Program-made: the position numbers and the translations under genes
Origin: Amoebidium appalachense
Taxonomy: Eukaryota > Protista > Ichthyosporea
Direction of reading: 5' to 3'
NCBI GenBank assembly: GCA_963693365.1
Contig: CAVNZM010000013.1
Coordinates: forward strand, 8,122,940-8,186,939
DNA length: 64,000 bases
Notes under the pieces: model-generated
Database searches by the model: none
Seen by the model: only the letters and a program-made list of their open reading frames with translations
Told to the model about the DNA's origin: nothing
Part shown: positions 1-15,774 of the stretch, piece after piece
How the letters are laid out: each line of letters starts with the position of its first letter
Numbering within the stretch: position 1 is the stretch's first letter

Positions 1-693
1 TGGCCGCCCGGGGCGTACCAAACAGCTGGAGCACGGCATTCCATGCAGACAGGTGCAGATTATCCCCCAGAGGCATGGGTCAAGCTGTTTTGTTTCGTAG
101 GCCTTTGCTTAGTGGGATGGTAGTGGCCCGGTGACAATATTCACAATGGTGCACACGCTATACCCATTGCATTTGTGTATTGGCTTGCTGTGCTTAGAGT
201 GGGGAGCTTGAGAGCTGTGTGGATGTCCAGCTTACACTCTGGTCTTTCTCGGATCTTTCGTTTTCGTTGTGTTATCAGGAATGGAATGGGTCTCACAACA
301 GTGATTGTTGAGGCATTGGATTTTGCTTGGTGCTGTGTGGTTTTCATTTGTTGGATCGACCTTGCTTGCATGTTTATTTCTTTTCTCTAGTTACTATGCG
401 TGTTTTTGTTGGGCATGATGATGGGTGGTTGGCAGCTGGCGGATGTAAGGTTTTGCGGGTTCTGCTGATGGTGGTTTTATTCGTTTTTTATTGCCCACTT
501 CCTTTTTTTCTTTCCTTCTTCATCCCCCCCCCCCCCCCTCGGAGTGGGGTGGGGGATGTGTGTGCCAATGTGCATGTGTGCGCATGTCAGGGTGGGCGGG
601 CGGATGGGCACATGTGTATTCCTCGTACCCTCATGCATCACCACCTAACCCACCCACACACACACACACACAGGCACTAGTGGTGACGTCAGC

Positions 694-1389
694 ATGGACG
701 AGCTACCCCCCCTCAAGCGGCCAGGTGGAGGGGCAGTGGGGACTGAGACGGACGAGGAGCTATCAGGGCAGAGACAGTACATGCAGCAGACAACATATAA
801 CCACGAGACACAGACACTGGGCACTATATGCCGCCATGGCAAGGAGGCCAGGGATTGTAGCAAGTGTGGGGATAGCACGGTGTGCAAGCATGGCAGGGAG
901 ACACGTACGTGCAAGCGGTGCACAGAGCTGTGCATGCACTCCAACGAGCGTGCCAAGTGCATGGCCTGCCGGCTGTCGTACATGTGTGAGCACGACAATG
1001 TGCGCCACTATTGCAGGGACTGTCATGGCCGGGGCTACTGCGACCACGGTAAGAAATTGCAGCATTGCCGGCTGTGTGGGGCCGGGGCATTGTGCCCACA
1101 CGGTGAGGTCAAGGCGAGGTGTGGGGAGTGTGCACCGCAGAACTTCTGCATGCACGGGAAGAAGAGGGGCAAGTGTGATGTGTGCAACGAGATACCGGAG
1201 GTGGAGATTGAGCCTATTTTTATCGACACCACGGCAGGGGGCACACAGACACAGGAGGACATGAGCATGGCCGGGTGTGTGCGCAAGAGGCGCATCACGA
1301 TACTGGAGTGGGTGGATGAGGAGCCTGCTAGTGAGGAGAGGCTGCTCAATGAGTGGGCAGACTGGCAGGCTACCCTGTGCATGTCGTGA
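694..1389 (+). CDS. Intronless Cys/His-rich tandem-repeat (putative Zn-binding) protein, 231 aa
   Basis: About 8 repeats of C-x-H-G-x5-C-x2-C (ICRHGKEARDCSKCG, VCKHGRETRTCKRC, LCPHGEVKARCGEC, FCMHGKKRGKCDVC), acidic ends and GC3-rich codons. Resembles repeat proteins seen in giant viruses and protists. Confidence 0.75.
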   Translation: MDELPPLKRPGGGAVGTETDEELSGQRQYMQQTTYNHETQTLGTICRHGKEARDCSKCGDSTVCKHGRETRTCKRCTELCMHSNERAKCMACRLSYMCEHDNVRHYCRDCHGRGYCDHGKKLQHCRLCGAGALCPHGEVKARCGECAPQNFCMHGKKRGKCDVCNEIPEVEIEPIFIDTTAGGTQTQEDMSMAGCVRKRRITILEWVDEEPASEERLLNEWADWQATLCMS

Positions 1390-3501
1390 TCCATTGTCTT
1401 CGTTAAAGTCTTTTAGTTTTTATTATGGGCTTACGGCAAACTTGATTAGCTCCAGGAGGTTGCCGTTTTTTTTTCCCCCTCCGGTTTGTAATGGAGTGAT
1501 GGTGTGTGTGCAGTCACCACCTGACGGATACTTGGCGTGACATGGCTATACACAGAAGCGTGGCCTGGGGTGCACATATAATGGTATGCTGAGAACATAA
1601 GAGGGCTTGTGTAGGGTGGGTTTTCTTACTCCCCTTCTTATGTTTTTGTTAGCCCCCCCTCCCCTTCAACCTGGGGGGGGCATGCGTGATAGTTGGGTAA
1701 GCATAACATAAAGCATCATTAATGCGTAACCATATGTGATTCCTACGTAGCAGTTGTATGACTGCTTAGCAGACTTGATGTGATTCTAATCACACACCTC
1801 ACTGTAATGTGTCCAAGGCACATGTGCCTCAAGAGTCTGACAAAGTTCATTACCAAACTAATCTTGCCACATGACAGGCATGCATGAACGATGCAAAAGG
1901 TCGTCAGCCCACCCCTCCCTCTTCTAGCTGCTTCCCGGATGTGCGCCTCTCCTAATGAATCTCTTCCCTCGGATATCCACACTTCAACCCAAAATCCCCA
2001 AGTAGCCTCATACCCCCCCTCCCGAGTTCTCTTCCTTTTTAGAGATCTCCCGCGTCCCCAAGACCGTGGTCATATTGCAACTAATATTAGTACTAATAAT
2101 GGAATGAACCATTCCATGACATCGTGCATGATCATGACTGGATCGATATCCGGACATCCGGAAATATTTGAAAAATGGTGCACATGGTACCGGTGGTAAC
2201 GGTTATTGGTGGGGATTCTGGAGGGGTGCCCGGGAGAGCCTATGGCCTGGCGGCAGGGTCCGGCGGCTGTGTGTGTGTGTGACGTGTGTGTGTGTGTGTG
2301 TTGCAACTATAGGGGGGGGGGGGGGGGGGGGGGGGGGACGCTTTTGAGCAACACAGTTAATTAGTATTAGGGTGATCAGTGGCACTGATCACCCGATTCT
2401 ATAGCTGAACCTGTTGTCACAAGCGCGCTTAAGACCCAGGAGGGGTCCCGCAGGGGGCCGGGAGGGGAGGTGTTACTGCCAGCGTACATAATGCAGGGTT
2501 ACCATATTGGGAAACTGTGCTTTAGCGGCGGGAAATCGACAAAGTAATAGATCCAGAAGATTGGCAATGTTATGATATTTATTCGACAGTAGCGCTAGCA
2601 GTGTTTAAAAAATGAATAAAGCATGATATGATGCAAGAGTACCTCTAATACATTGCGCACCACATTGACACTATAAACATAAATACATAATTGGGCACAT
2701 AGGCGCACACAAAGATCACATATACAAGAGATCCCATATTATTTAAAAACTGCAGTGGTACGGCATATTATCCAACGGTTGGTCACCGCCTGAATCACGG
2801 TGAAGTGTTGCCCATCAATCGTGTGTAGCATATACGTCACAATGACATGACCATGGTAAACCCACAATAAAATAAAACCTACCATGTGAAGAACGTTTGT
2901 CCATTTACAACCCCTCCCCCCCCCCCCCCCCCCCCCCCCCCCGGGGGCCCCCTGCTCTCTCTCTCTCTCTCTCTCTCCCCCCCCCCCCCCCCCCCCTCCC
3001 CCCTTATCCCCCATTGCCCTTCTCCAAATTTCAATAACCCCACCAGCCCTATCACCATGCCCTCAATGTTACTGCTCGTGTGCGCGCCCACGTCATGAGT
3101 GCACTTTAGCTCTTTCAATCTGGGTGTGTGTGTGCGCGCTTGTGCGTGTGCGTGTGCGTGTGCGAATGTGACGGAGTGTCATGACTGTGTGCTTATAAGT
3201 GCAAGTGTTGATCGATATGATAGGCAGAAGCCATGACAAAATACATATCTGGCCAGACCTCGTAAACTTTGCCGCTTGAACCCCCTGCATAAAGTAAAAT
3301 CCATCCATATAACAAACCCACACACGGGACATAAAAAAACAAGAATCCCGTTCACCAGCGTCACCACTGCCAACCACCACTAACTCGTCATCACACACCA
3401 CACATAGAGCACATGCATCCCCCCCCCCCCCCCCCCCCTCCTTCCCCCTTCCTCCCCCCCCCTCTTCCCCTTCCTCCCCCCCCCCCCCCCCCCTCCCCCC
3501 C

Positions 3502-7376
<3,875 letters not shown>

Positions 7377-7800
7377 TTTTCTTCCACCGAGAAAAACTAG
7401 GCTGTTGGTGTCGGTTGACTTTTTGATCTCCAACACTATTTAGAAAAAGCGAATCCAGAAAAGTCGGGTTGGATTGCTTTTCAAGATCGGTCTTTGCTTT
7501 ACTATTACACTGGTTAATTTGCCCTGTGCTCTAATCTTACACAAAAGCCTCTTGTCTCTCCTATACTTTCTTATTTTCTCGTGTTTCTGTATTTTCTCTT
7601 ACACCTTCACACTCTCACTGTTGCATTGAGCCCACAAAGTGCTCACTTTTGCTTTTGCTGAGTTCGTGAGCCGCGGCTCAGTCCCGCTTTGGTGCGGCGA
7701 CAGGTCTTCCCAGAGCCTTCAATCATAGCACCGTTTCATTGGTTCTATACAGTTTACAAATTTAATATAAGTGATTAAAAGCATCTAAGATTTAAAGGTA

Positions 7801-8399
7801 GAGTGAGCCGCTTCACGTGGGGGCTAGAATTTAGAAATGCGACAAATCTGGAAGTTCTAACTTGTCTTTAGAACGTTCTAAATTGTTCCGGTTCGCACAG
7901 GTATGATTTAGATAATTTAGAAACTCTACATTGTTTCTTGCTTTGTTTAATAAATAAATGTAAAAACTTAACAACGAGACTGTGATAAATATTTTATAAG
8001 CTTATAAATATGCATATTAATATTTTTTGCAAGGTTTTTAAATAAGTATCGCTGAAAACTTCATAACAAAACAGAAGACAGAAACTACAGCATAGCACAG
8101 GTATGCAAAAAACCCCTTTTGGACCAATGATCTTCAATAAGGTCATTGATTGGTCTAGACAAAATGCAGCCGACCAATCGTAAATCAGTTCAATATCTAG
8201 ATTGGCTCCAGACATCTGGAAGACCCCCCCCCCCTCCCCCTTCTTCCAGATTGCGACATCTGGAAGAGGGGCATCCAGATTCTAGACCCCGATGGAATGC
8301 ATTAAACTTAAAGCGATCGATCGGAGTGGACATGTTTTAACGCTAATTATCTAGATTCCCATTATCTAAATTCTAGCCCCCCCGTAAAGCGGCTCAGTT
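7801..8399. mobile_element. MITE, Tc1/mariner-pogo-like non-autonomous DNA transposon
   Basis: 32-bp inverted repeats at 7804-7835 and 8365-8396 with 2 mismatches. TA lies at 7799-7800 and 8400-8401, and the AT-rich interior is non-coding. Confidence 0.75.
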
Positions 8400-9819
8400 T
8401 ATCATGCATACGTATGTACCAGAAGTATTTCGATTGTGTAACGATCGAAGTGTGGAACTCCGCAGCCGCTGTCACGGCCCGAACTCCACTGACTCACGGT
8501 ACGAGCTGCGCTGGCCATGGGGCACGACCGCCGGGTACACCTGAGCGCGTTTTCTTCAACGCGGCCACTCTCTTTCTTTCCTGTTCACCTCCGAGTCCGT
8601 GATTGACGCTAGCCCCCGCAACAAACGCAAAGAACCCCCCTCCCCGCCTCCCCCCCCCCCCCCCCCCCCCCCCCCCCAAATTTCTCCCCCCTCACCCCCA
8701 CCTCCCTCCCCCTCCCCCCCCCTCCCCCTCCCCCTCCCCCCTCCCCCCTCCCCCCCCCCCCCCCCCCGGCCCCCCGCGGGCTTCCACCCACCTACCGTAG
8801 GTAGCTCTTACAGTACCAACATACACTCCAATCCGACCATCCACCTGCACACACGCACACACAAAACAGCCACGCGCACATGCACAAAATCCGGAAACAG
8901 AAGCAAGCTTAATTTAAAAAAAACACGCACACCCGCTGTACAGGGATACGCGCACACAGGGGCGCGCACGCACAGCCACAAAGTGGTGCGTGCGCGAACA
9001 TACACACACCTCACATACACACGTACTGGCACCCGGCTGTGGCACGCACGCACGCACCCACTCATGCACGCACGCACGCACGCCGCACATGACCTATGTC
9101 TCATCACGGGTGATTTTATCACCGCTGGTTTTGCTTTTCGCTCTTGCACACACGTGCATTACTCGTGAGTACTACTATCCTCCCCCCTCCCCGTCCTCCC
9201 CCGCGCCCCGCCCCTCTCCCCCCCTTGAACTAGTTCCTGTGTATTTGTCTCTATAGGCTAGTTCGAAGTTGCTGCCAGGTTGGTTGCTACAATAAGCATG
9301 CTACTTACAGATAGTAGGAGGGTTCAACAAGTGTCCGTCTGCTTTTCAAATACGCTTGTCAGGCGATTATGTCTCAGCAGGAATGGACAGAAGCATTTGC
9401 ACTGTCAACACTTTTAGTCTAAGACTACATAGCCTTATCAGCTCACTATGTGATAAAAATGATTTTGAAAATGTCTATTTATGTATGTAATCTATTTAAC
9501 CGCACCGTCAACATCCCTAACCACTTTTTGTAGAGTGCAGCACTTCGAATCATGAAGTACATGTCTACGGTTGTGTCCACAGTGAGGATTCGTTACCGAA
9601 CCTCAACGTGAACTTAGGGAGTAGCGGTGGCTTCTTGAATGAGTGAAGGCTTTGTGTTGAAGCTAGTCTAATCTACTGTAAGAGCGAAGAGGGAGCAAGC
9701 GTCTTCTGAAGGAGGGATGCCATTGTGAGTGTGTGAGTATTGTGGGTGGCGTGGGTGGTGGTGGTGGGGTGGGGTGGGGAGTGATCCAGGACGTCGACGG
9801 TCTACCCGGGGCGGTGGTG

Positions 9820-9983
9820 GTGGTGCGTGCGTGCGTGCGTGCGTGAGTGAGTGCGTGCGTGCGTGCATGCGTGCATGCGTGGGTGCGTGGCACTGTGTGG
9901 GTGCGTGCGTATGTGCGTGCTTGCGTACGTGCACACGGTATGTGTGTGTGCGTGCGTGTGGGCATGTGTGCACGTGTGTGCAC

Positions 9984-10050
<67 letters not shown>
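9820..10050. repeat. (GCGT)n/(GT)n microsatellite
   Basis: Directly visible. Confidence 0.9.
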
Positions 10051-10051
<1 letters not shown>

Positions 10052-10267
10052 CGCACGTTTGCACCGGTGGGGGAGGGAGGGAAAGGGGAGAGGCTCTAAT
10101 AGATCGATCATCTTTTTTCTTTTCTTTTTTCTTTTTTTCGATTTTTTTACTTTTTATTAAGGTCATATTCAGCACCGATGCCTTTTGGTGGGTACCAGCG
10201 CCAAGAGACCTGCATGCCTGCTCTCTAGACTGAGCCCGTCAAACAGACATAGAGAGAGAGAGAGAGA

Positions 10268-10305
<38 letters not shown>

Positions 10306-10459
10306 GAGGGAGAGGGAGAGGGGGGGGGGGAGGGGAGACGGAAAGGGAGAGGGAGAGGGAGAGGGAGAGGGAGAGGGGGTGGGAGTGGGAGAGGGAGTGG
10401 GATAGGTATAGGGTGAGGGAGAGGAGAGGGAGGGGGAGAGGGAGAGAGGGAGGGGGGGG

Positions 10460-13400
10460 TGTAAACAACTGTACACATGAACTGTACATGTTTACTAAAG
10501 AATGTGATCTACTAGCACACGATTCGTGCTTTGTCATGAATATCACATAAATATTATGTCCGCACCAATAGGACTCACTCTGACCTAAGAATTGAACCAT
10601 ATATGAAACTATTGCTGCATACCACATAAACGAAGTGGACCAATAAGGGGTTTGCATAAATAGGACAAAGGTCTGACTGGCTCGGACCGCACCAGAATCA
10701 CGAATGGCATGTTGCCACCCGCGCTGGCCGCGGATGAACCAATCCTGGGCCTTGATCCAAAACCTGGGGGCTATATAAAAAAGCCGTCCCAGTACGGGGA
10801 TCACATCAGTGAAGTCTGAGACAGACTGAGTCGGCCCATAGTAAAAGCAACCTGGCCGCGTGTGCCTTTCTACCCGTTCTCTGTCTTTATTTTGATTCAG
10901 TTGTACTCTGCCTTATCCTAACTAGTCCAACTGTTTACATTGGCGACCGCGCAGTTCAAGAATCTCGCATCCTTCGAATCTCACATCTTTCAATCAGTTC
11001 AAGAATCTCACATCAATCTTTCAATCAGCTCAAGAATCTCCCATGGCCGATCACAATCCTTTTTACCCCGATGATAGGCACATCTTTCCTTGTCCGGCTT
11101 AGAATATATACACCGACAAGTTTGAAGTGGCCAGCCCACCTACACGGAAAGAATTGAAAGCATGTAAAACTTCTTTTGCTACGACACATCAAAAATGTGA
11201 AGAAAAACGAATACACAACGAAACAACGAATACACGAACAAACGAATAAAGAATTGCTAACGAAGCAATGAACCAACGAAAAACGAACCATCACGAATAC
11301 ACAATGAAATAAAGAATTAACGACAAGCGAATGCATAGAGGAAATACGAAATGAATGCAACACAAAACAAAACAAAGTAACGAAGTTATCAAACGACAAA
11401 AAACGAAAAACGAAAGCAAAATGAAATGGAAATACGAAAATGAAAGAACGAATGCACAACACTGCTTGGGTTGCAATGCACACAGCCCCCTCTATGTTAC
11501 GAAGAAAAGAAAACCGTTGCCCTTGCGTGCATTGCGCTATTGCACACTGTCATCGTGTCCATGCCACCGCATGCACGCCCACACTCGCAAGCCAGATCAT
11601 CATGATGCACGGCCACTTTCAGCACGAATGCATTTAAAGAAGAAGATAGTCGCTGTTCCTATAGCATTGAGGACATAAGGTGCTGTGAAAGTAGTTTTGC
11701 ATGCATGATTCGAATTTCTTGCTGTTTTCGAATACAGCATGCCCCATAGTTTAGCGCACAGGATGCACAACATGCGCATGAATGTATGCTGGCATGCCTA
11801 AACACATTACGAGCATATGCCTCATGTATGGCGGCCCTTCCTGGTGCCACGCCCTAACGAATTTGCACTCTTGGTGCACAAAAGGCATGTAATAAAGTCG
11901 ATGCAGAACTTTTGTTCATGCATGTGAAAAACAAAGAAGGTGTTGGGTACGAATTTTAAGGTGATTGCCCGTCAGTGGCAATACTGTGTAACATACCAAT
12001 TACACTGTCAAGCCTTGCACTAGCTGCCGGCACACCCCCACCAGAACAAAAGAATGTGGTATGGGCACCGCTCCCTCACAACCCCATCATACAGTGTCAG
12101 TATTTTGGCTAGAAGCCTTTCAGTTTCGAATTACGAATACCCTCCTTCACTACTGAAGAAAGTGACGTGGAAGACGAATACGAATACGAATGCAAGGTGT
12201 TGTTGACTAACACATCGGACCATCATGTGTACCTAGGCCCTGGTACGGAGGTGACCATGTTATTCCCTTGCAATATGATGACACTGTAACAATTTAGCAC
12301 GTGCATACCCCACCAATGGGCACATGCGGGAGACAACCCCACAAGCTACCTTATTGGGCACCTCTGCTAAAACGAATATTCCTCTCACGAAGGAACAGAA
12401 GAATGCCACGAACACGAACCACACACTCACCAGGCAGCTACTTACATCTAATGTATGTAAGAAGTAGGGTGTGTGAACGGGGTAACTTCATGAACACCAA
12501 CACGAAAGAAAGCACAGCACAAAGCAGTTCCACGAATACGAATGGTTTTGGTATTCCACACAACGAACAGAACCTACAGTAGGGCCACCTACAAATGAAG
12601 CAGAGGATGGGGCACCATCCAGACCTGCACTGGAGGATATGAATGTTGGAGTGCAGACTTACGCTCACTCCACAATATGTGTATGTTAGCTTTACAATTG
12701 GTTCCGTGTACACCGACACACGCTGACACTCGATCACCACATGCACATCTGCATAGTTGAGGAATGTTGCCAATTGTGTTTTGACTGCAAACGATTGGTT
12801 CACTGGTCCCAGAGATCTCTAAATGAAAGTAACCAATCCGATTAGCGCCTGGCATCCGGATTACATTCCAGACTGCTGCCCCACGGGTATATAAGCCACG
12901 TCTCTGCCAGGTGCAGACATGGAGTTCAGTCATGGAGTGCAGACATGGAGTTCAGACATGGAGTTCAGACATGGAGTTCAGACATGGAGTTCAGTCATGG
13001 AGTTCAGTCATGGAGTTAACACACTGAAAGCAGTAAAAAAACGGGTCAGCGCCCAAGCGCGCCACGACGACCCTAGTCACAGCGGACTCTACTTCCAACA
13101 ATGAAAACACGAAGCGCGCTCACGAAGTTGCTTACAAAAGAAAGGGCGACTGTGACGACTTTTCTTTTTAGGCCAAGCCTCCAGAAGAATGTATTATGCC
13201 TGGAATCCCCCTGCTCAACGAAAATGGCTGGCAAATGGGATACGAAAACTGCTCACGAATGGAAGCATGTGTTTTCTGAAGAAGGCTTGCTTTGCCTACC
13301 CTCTTCTTATGAATTATGAACCGGGTTTTTACTGGTTCTGACGGGCTGATATATTTCTTTATGTCGCCCAACGAAGAACACCTGGGCATTTTTATTCATG

Positions 13401-14476
13401 TTTTTCCCAGCTCCGATGATGCAGGGTTAAAGCTGAAAGGAAAGAAGTGCTATTTGTTCATGAAAGAAGTGGCTTTTCTGGCCATGGCGACTCGCCTTAC
13501 AGTCTTAAGGTAGAACCGGGATAAGGAGCAGTGGCTAAGCCTTGAAGCTATCCACCACTACCTGAGCTACGAAGTGACCTAAGGCTTGAGTTATATTCAT
13601 TATCGAATGTTTGGTATGATCATTCATCCACACAACTAAATTACTCGCAATTGAAAACGAATCTGCGGGAGTGTCCTAAAAAGGAAAATTCCCCAAAAAG
13701 GAAAATATTACTTCTACAGAAAAAGCCAAGCACAGAGACGAAGCGAAGAAATTGCACGCACACTCTGCAACAATCTTCGCCACGAAAATGAAATCACAGA
13801 AGAATACTGCATGAATTTGTGTTTTGGCAAATGAAGAAGTGCTCATAGACGTGCACAACACTATTCAACCGTCCTTGCTCTGTTCTGCCCAGCAGCTCGG
13901 CGCACAGGAATTCTCGCTGAAGGTTGTTTATCGCCTCACATCAGCCTGGTGGTTTGCTTGTCTAACGACACCACCAGGCTCCCGACAAGGGGGGAGTGTA
14001 AACAACTGTACACATGAACTGTACATGTTTACTAAAGAATGTGATCTACTAGCACACGATTCGTGCTTTGTCATGAATATCACATAAATATTATGTCCGC
14101 ACCAATAGGACTCACTCTGACCTAAGAATTGAACCATATATGAAACTATTGCTGCATACCACATAAACGAAGTGGACCAATAAGGGGTTTGCATAAATAG
14201 GACAAAGGTCTGACTGGCTCGGACCGCACCAGAATCACGAATGGCATGTTGCCACCCGCGCTGGCCGCGGATGAACCAATCCTGGGCCTTGATCCAAAAC
14301 CTGGGGGCTATATAACAAAGCCGTCCCAGTACGGGGATCACATCAGTGAAGTCTGAGACAGACTGAGTCGGCCCATAGTAAAAGCAACCTGGCCGCGTGT
14401 GCCTTTCTACCCGTTCTCTGTCTTTATTTTGATTCAGTTGTACTCTGCCTTATCCTAACTAGTCCAACTGTTTACA
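10460..14476 (+). mobile_element. Non-autonomous LTR retrotransposon (LARD-like), family X copy A
   Basis: 480-bp LTRs at 10460-10939 and 13997-14476 (TGTAAACA...TGTTTACA; I saw one difference). PBS TGGCGACCGCG at 10941, PPT AAGGGGGGAG before the 3' LTR, TSD GGGGG. No long internal ORF. Confidence 0.95.
12644..13100 (+). mobile_element. Solo LTR of a second family nested in copy A
   Basis: TGTTGGA...TCCAACA termini and TSD ATGAA (12639-12643, 13101-13105). Absent at the homologous point of copy B (about 18460). Contains TATATAA near 12888 and a 13-bp tandem repeat (CATGGAGTTCAG[A/T], about 8 copies, 12918-13020). Strand is inferred from the TATA box. Confidence 0.88.
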
Positions 14477-15738
14477 GGGGGGGGGGGGGGGGGGGGGGGG
14501 GGAGAGAGAGAGAGAGATAATCGAGTCAAGAAAGAGAGAGAGGGGATGGGGGAAAGTTTTATTTTGTGTGGGTAAACGGAGAAGCAGAGAGCACAGATGG
14601 GTGTTATGATATACACAACACAGAGACACACGGGAAAAACACAATCGGAGAGGAGGAACGATTTCTGGAACCATAGGAAATGAATACGACTGCTTATGAT
14701 TTATTTCAAGATGAGGTCCCTTTTATACTTGGGAATGTGAAACGATAAACCAATCAAAAGAACGAAAACTATGAGTGTAAAATATATCGTTTAAAATGTC
14801 TGTCGACACATAGAATATAAAACTCAATCCTCTAATGAAAGAAACTTCTAATAAAAGCACGGAAACATTTAACAAAATGAAACCACTTATGTAACTATTA
14901 ATTCATAACATACATTTATACATGTTCTTATCATAACACGTCTAAATATAATTATTCCTAATAGTTGAAGAACATAGCACAATGCTACGTCGTGGGAAAG
15001 GAATGAGAAAGGAATGTAAGTTACTATATTTGGGAAAATACAAACGAGATATGATTGGATGACATATATAGATTTTGACACAAACGACAATACGTGTGCG
15101 CGAGCTAAGTATGTCGATACGTACACAGATCTAAGATGTCGTGTACACGGAAACGGAAAAGAAAGAAAGAAATGAAGAAAGGAAAAGGAAACAAACTACA
15201 ACAACTAATAAATAAATACAAAACTCAACTTCTAAGTCTTGCTGAGAATCAAGTGAAGATGACATCCCCACTCAAGGGTTGGAAGTTGGGTTCTCGTGAA
15301 GTTTGTTGATGTGACTGTTGATGTTAATACTGTCACACATGAAGAAGCAGGTGCCGTGAAGTCACAGTCAAGTTTCCCCACTCGAGAAGACAATTGGAGA
15401 AGACTTGGAGGTGCAAGCCGGGGAAGAAAACCAAAACGGAAGAAGCACACAACGACGGTTGCCTCTGAAGACTCGGAAGATGACGGTAGCCAATGACGAT
15501 ATATAAATATATATAGAAGAAACAACTAGTGTATGTGTGACGTGTTGGTGTCTAATGATTTATACATTATGATGGTATATAAATAAACGACGGATGGTGG
15601 AGAAGAAATCCCCACTGAAGATGCACACACTGAAGATCGAAGAAGACAGCAGTAGACTTTCGTTGGGAGGTGTCTCTACACGGTGATGTGTAGACCACTG
15701 GCCAGGGCCCCAACCTACTTGAAGACCACTGTAGATGA

Positions 15739-15773
<35 letters not shown>

Positions 15774-15774
15774 C

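Noticed and set aside
10169-10804. Recurrent ORF MIPVLGRL..QLFT (also at 13928, 29899 and 58917)
   Set aside because: It is an antisense frame within the LTR with a non-ATG start, is broken in copy B, and recurs only because the LTR does.
13316-13580. Possible decayed chromodomain or integrase tail in family X internal region
   Set aside because: Resemblance is too weak to support without a profile search.
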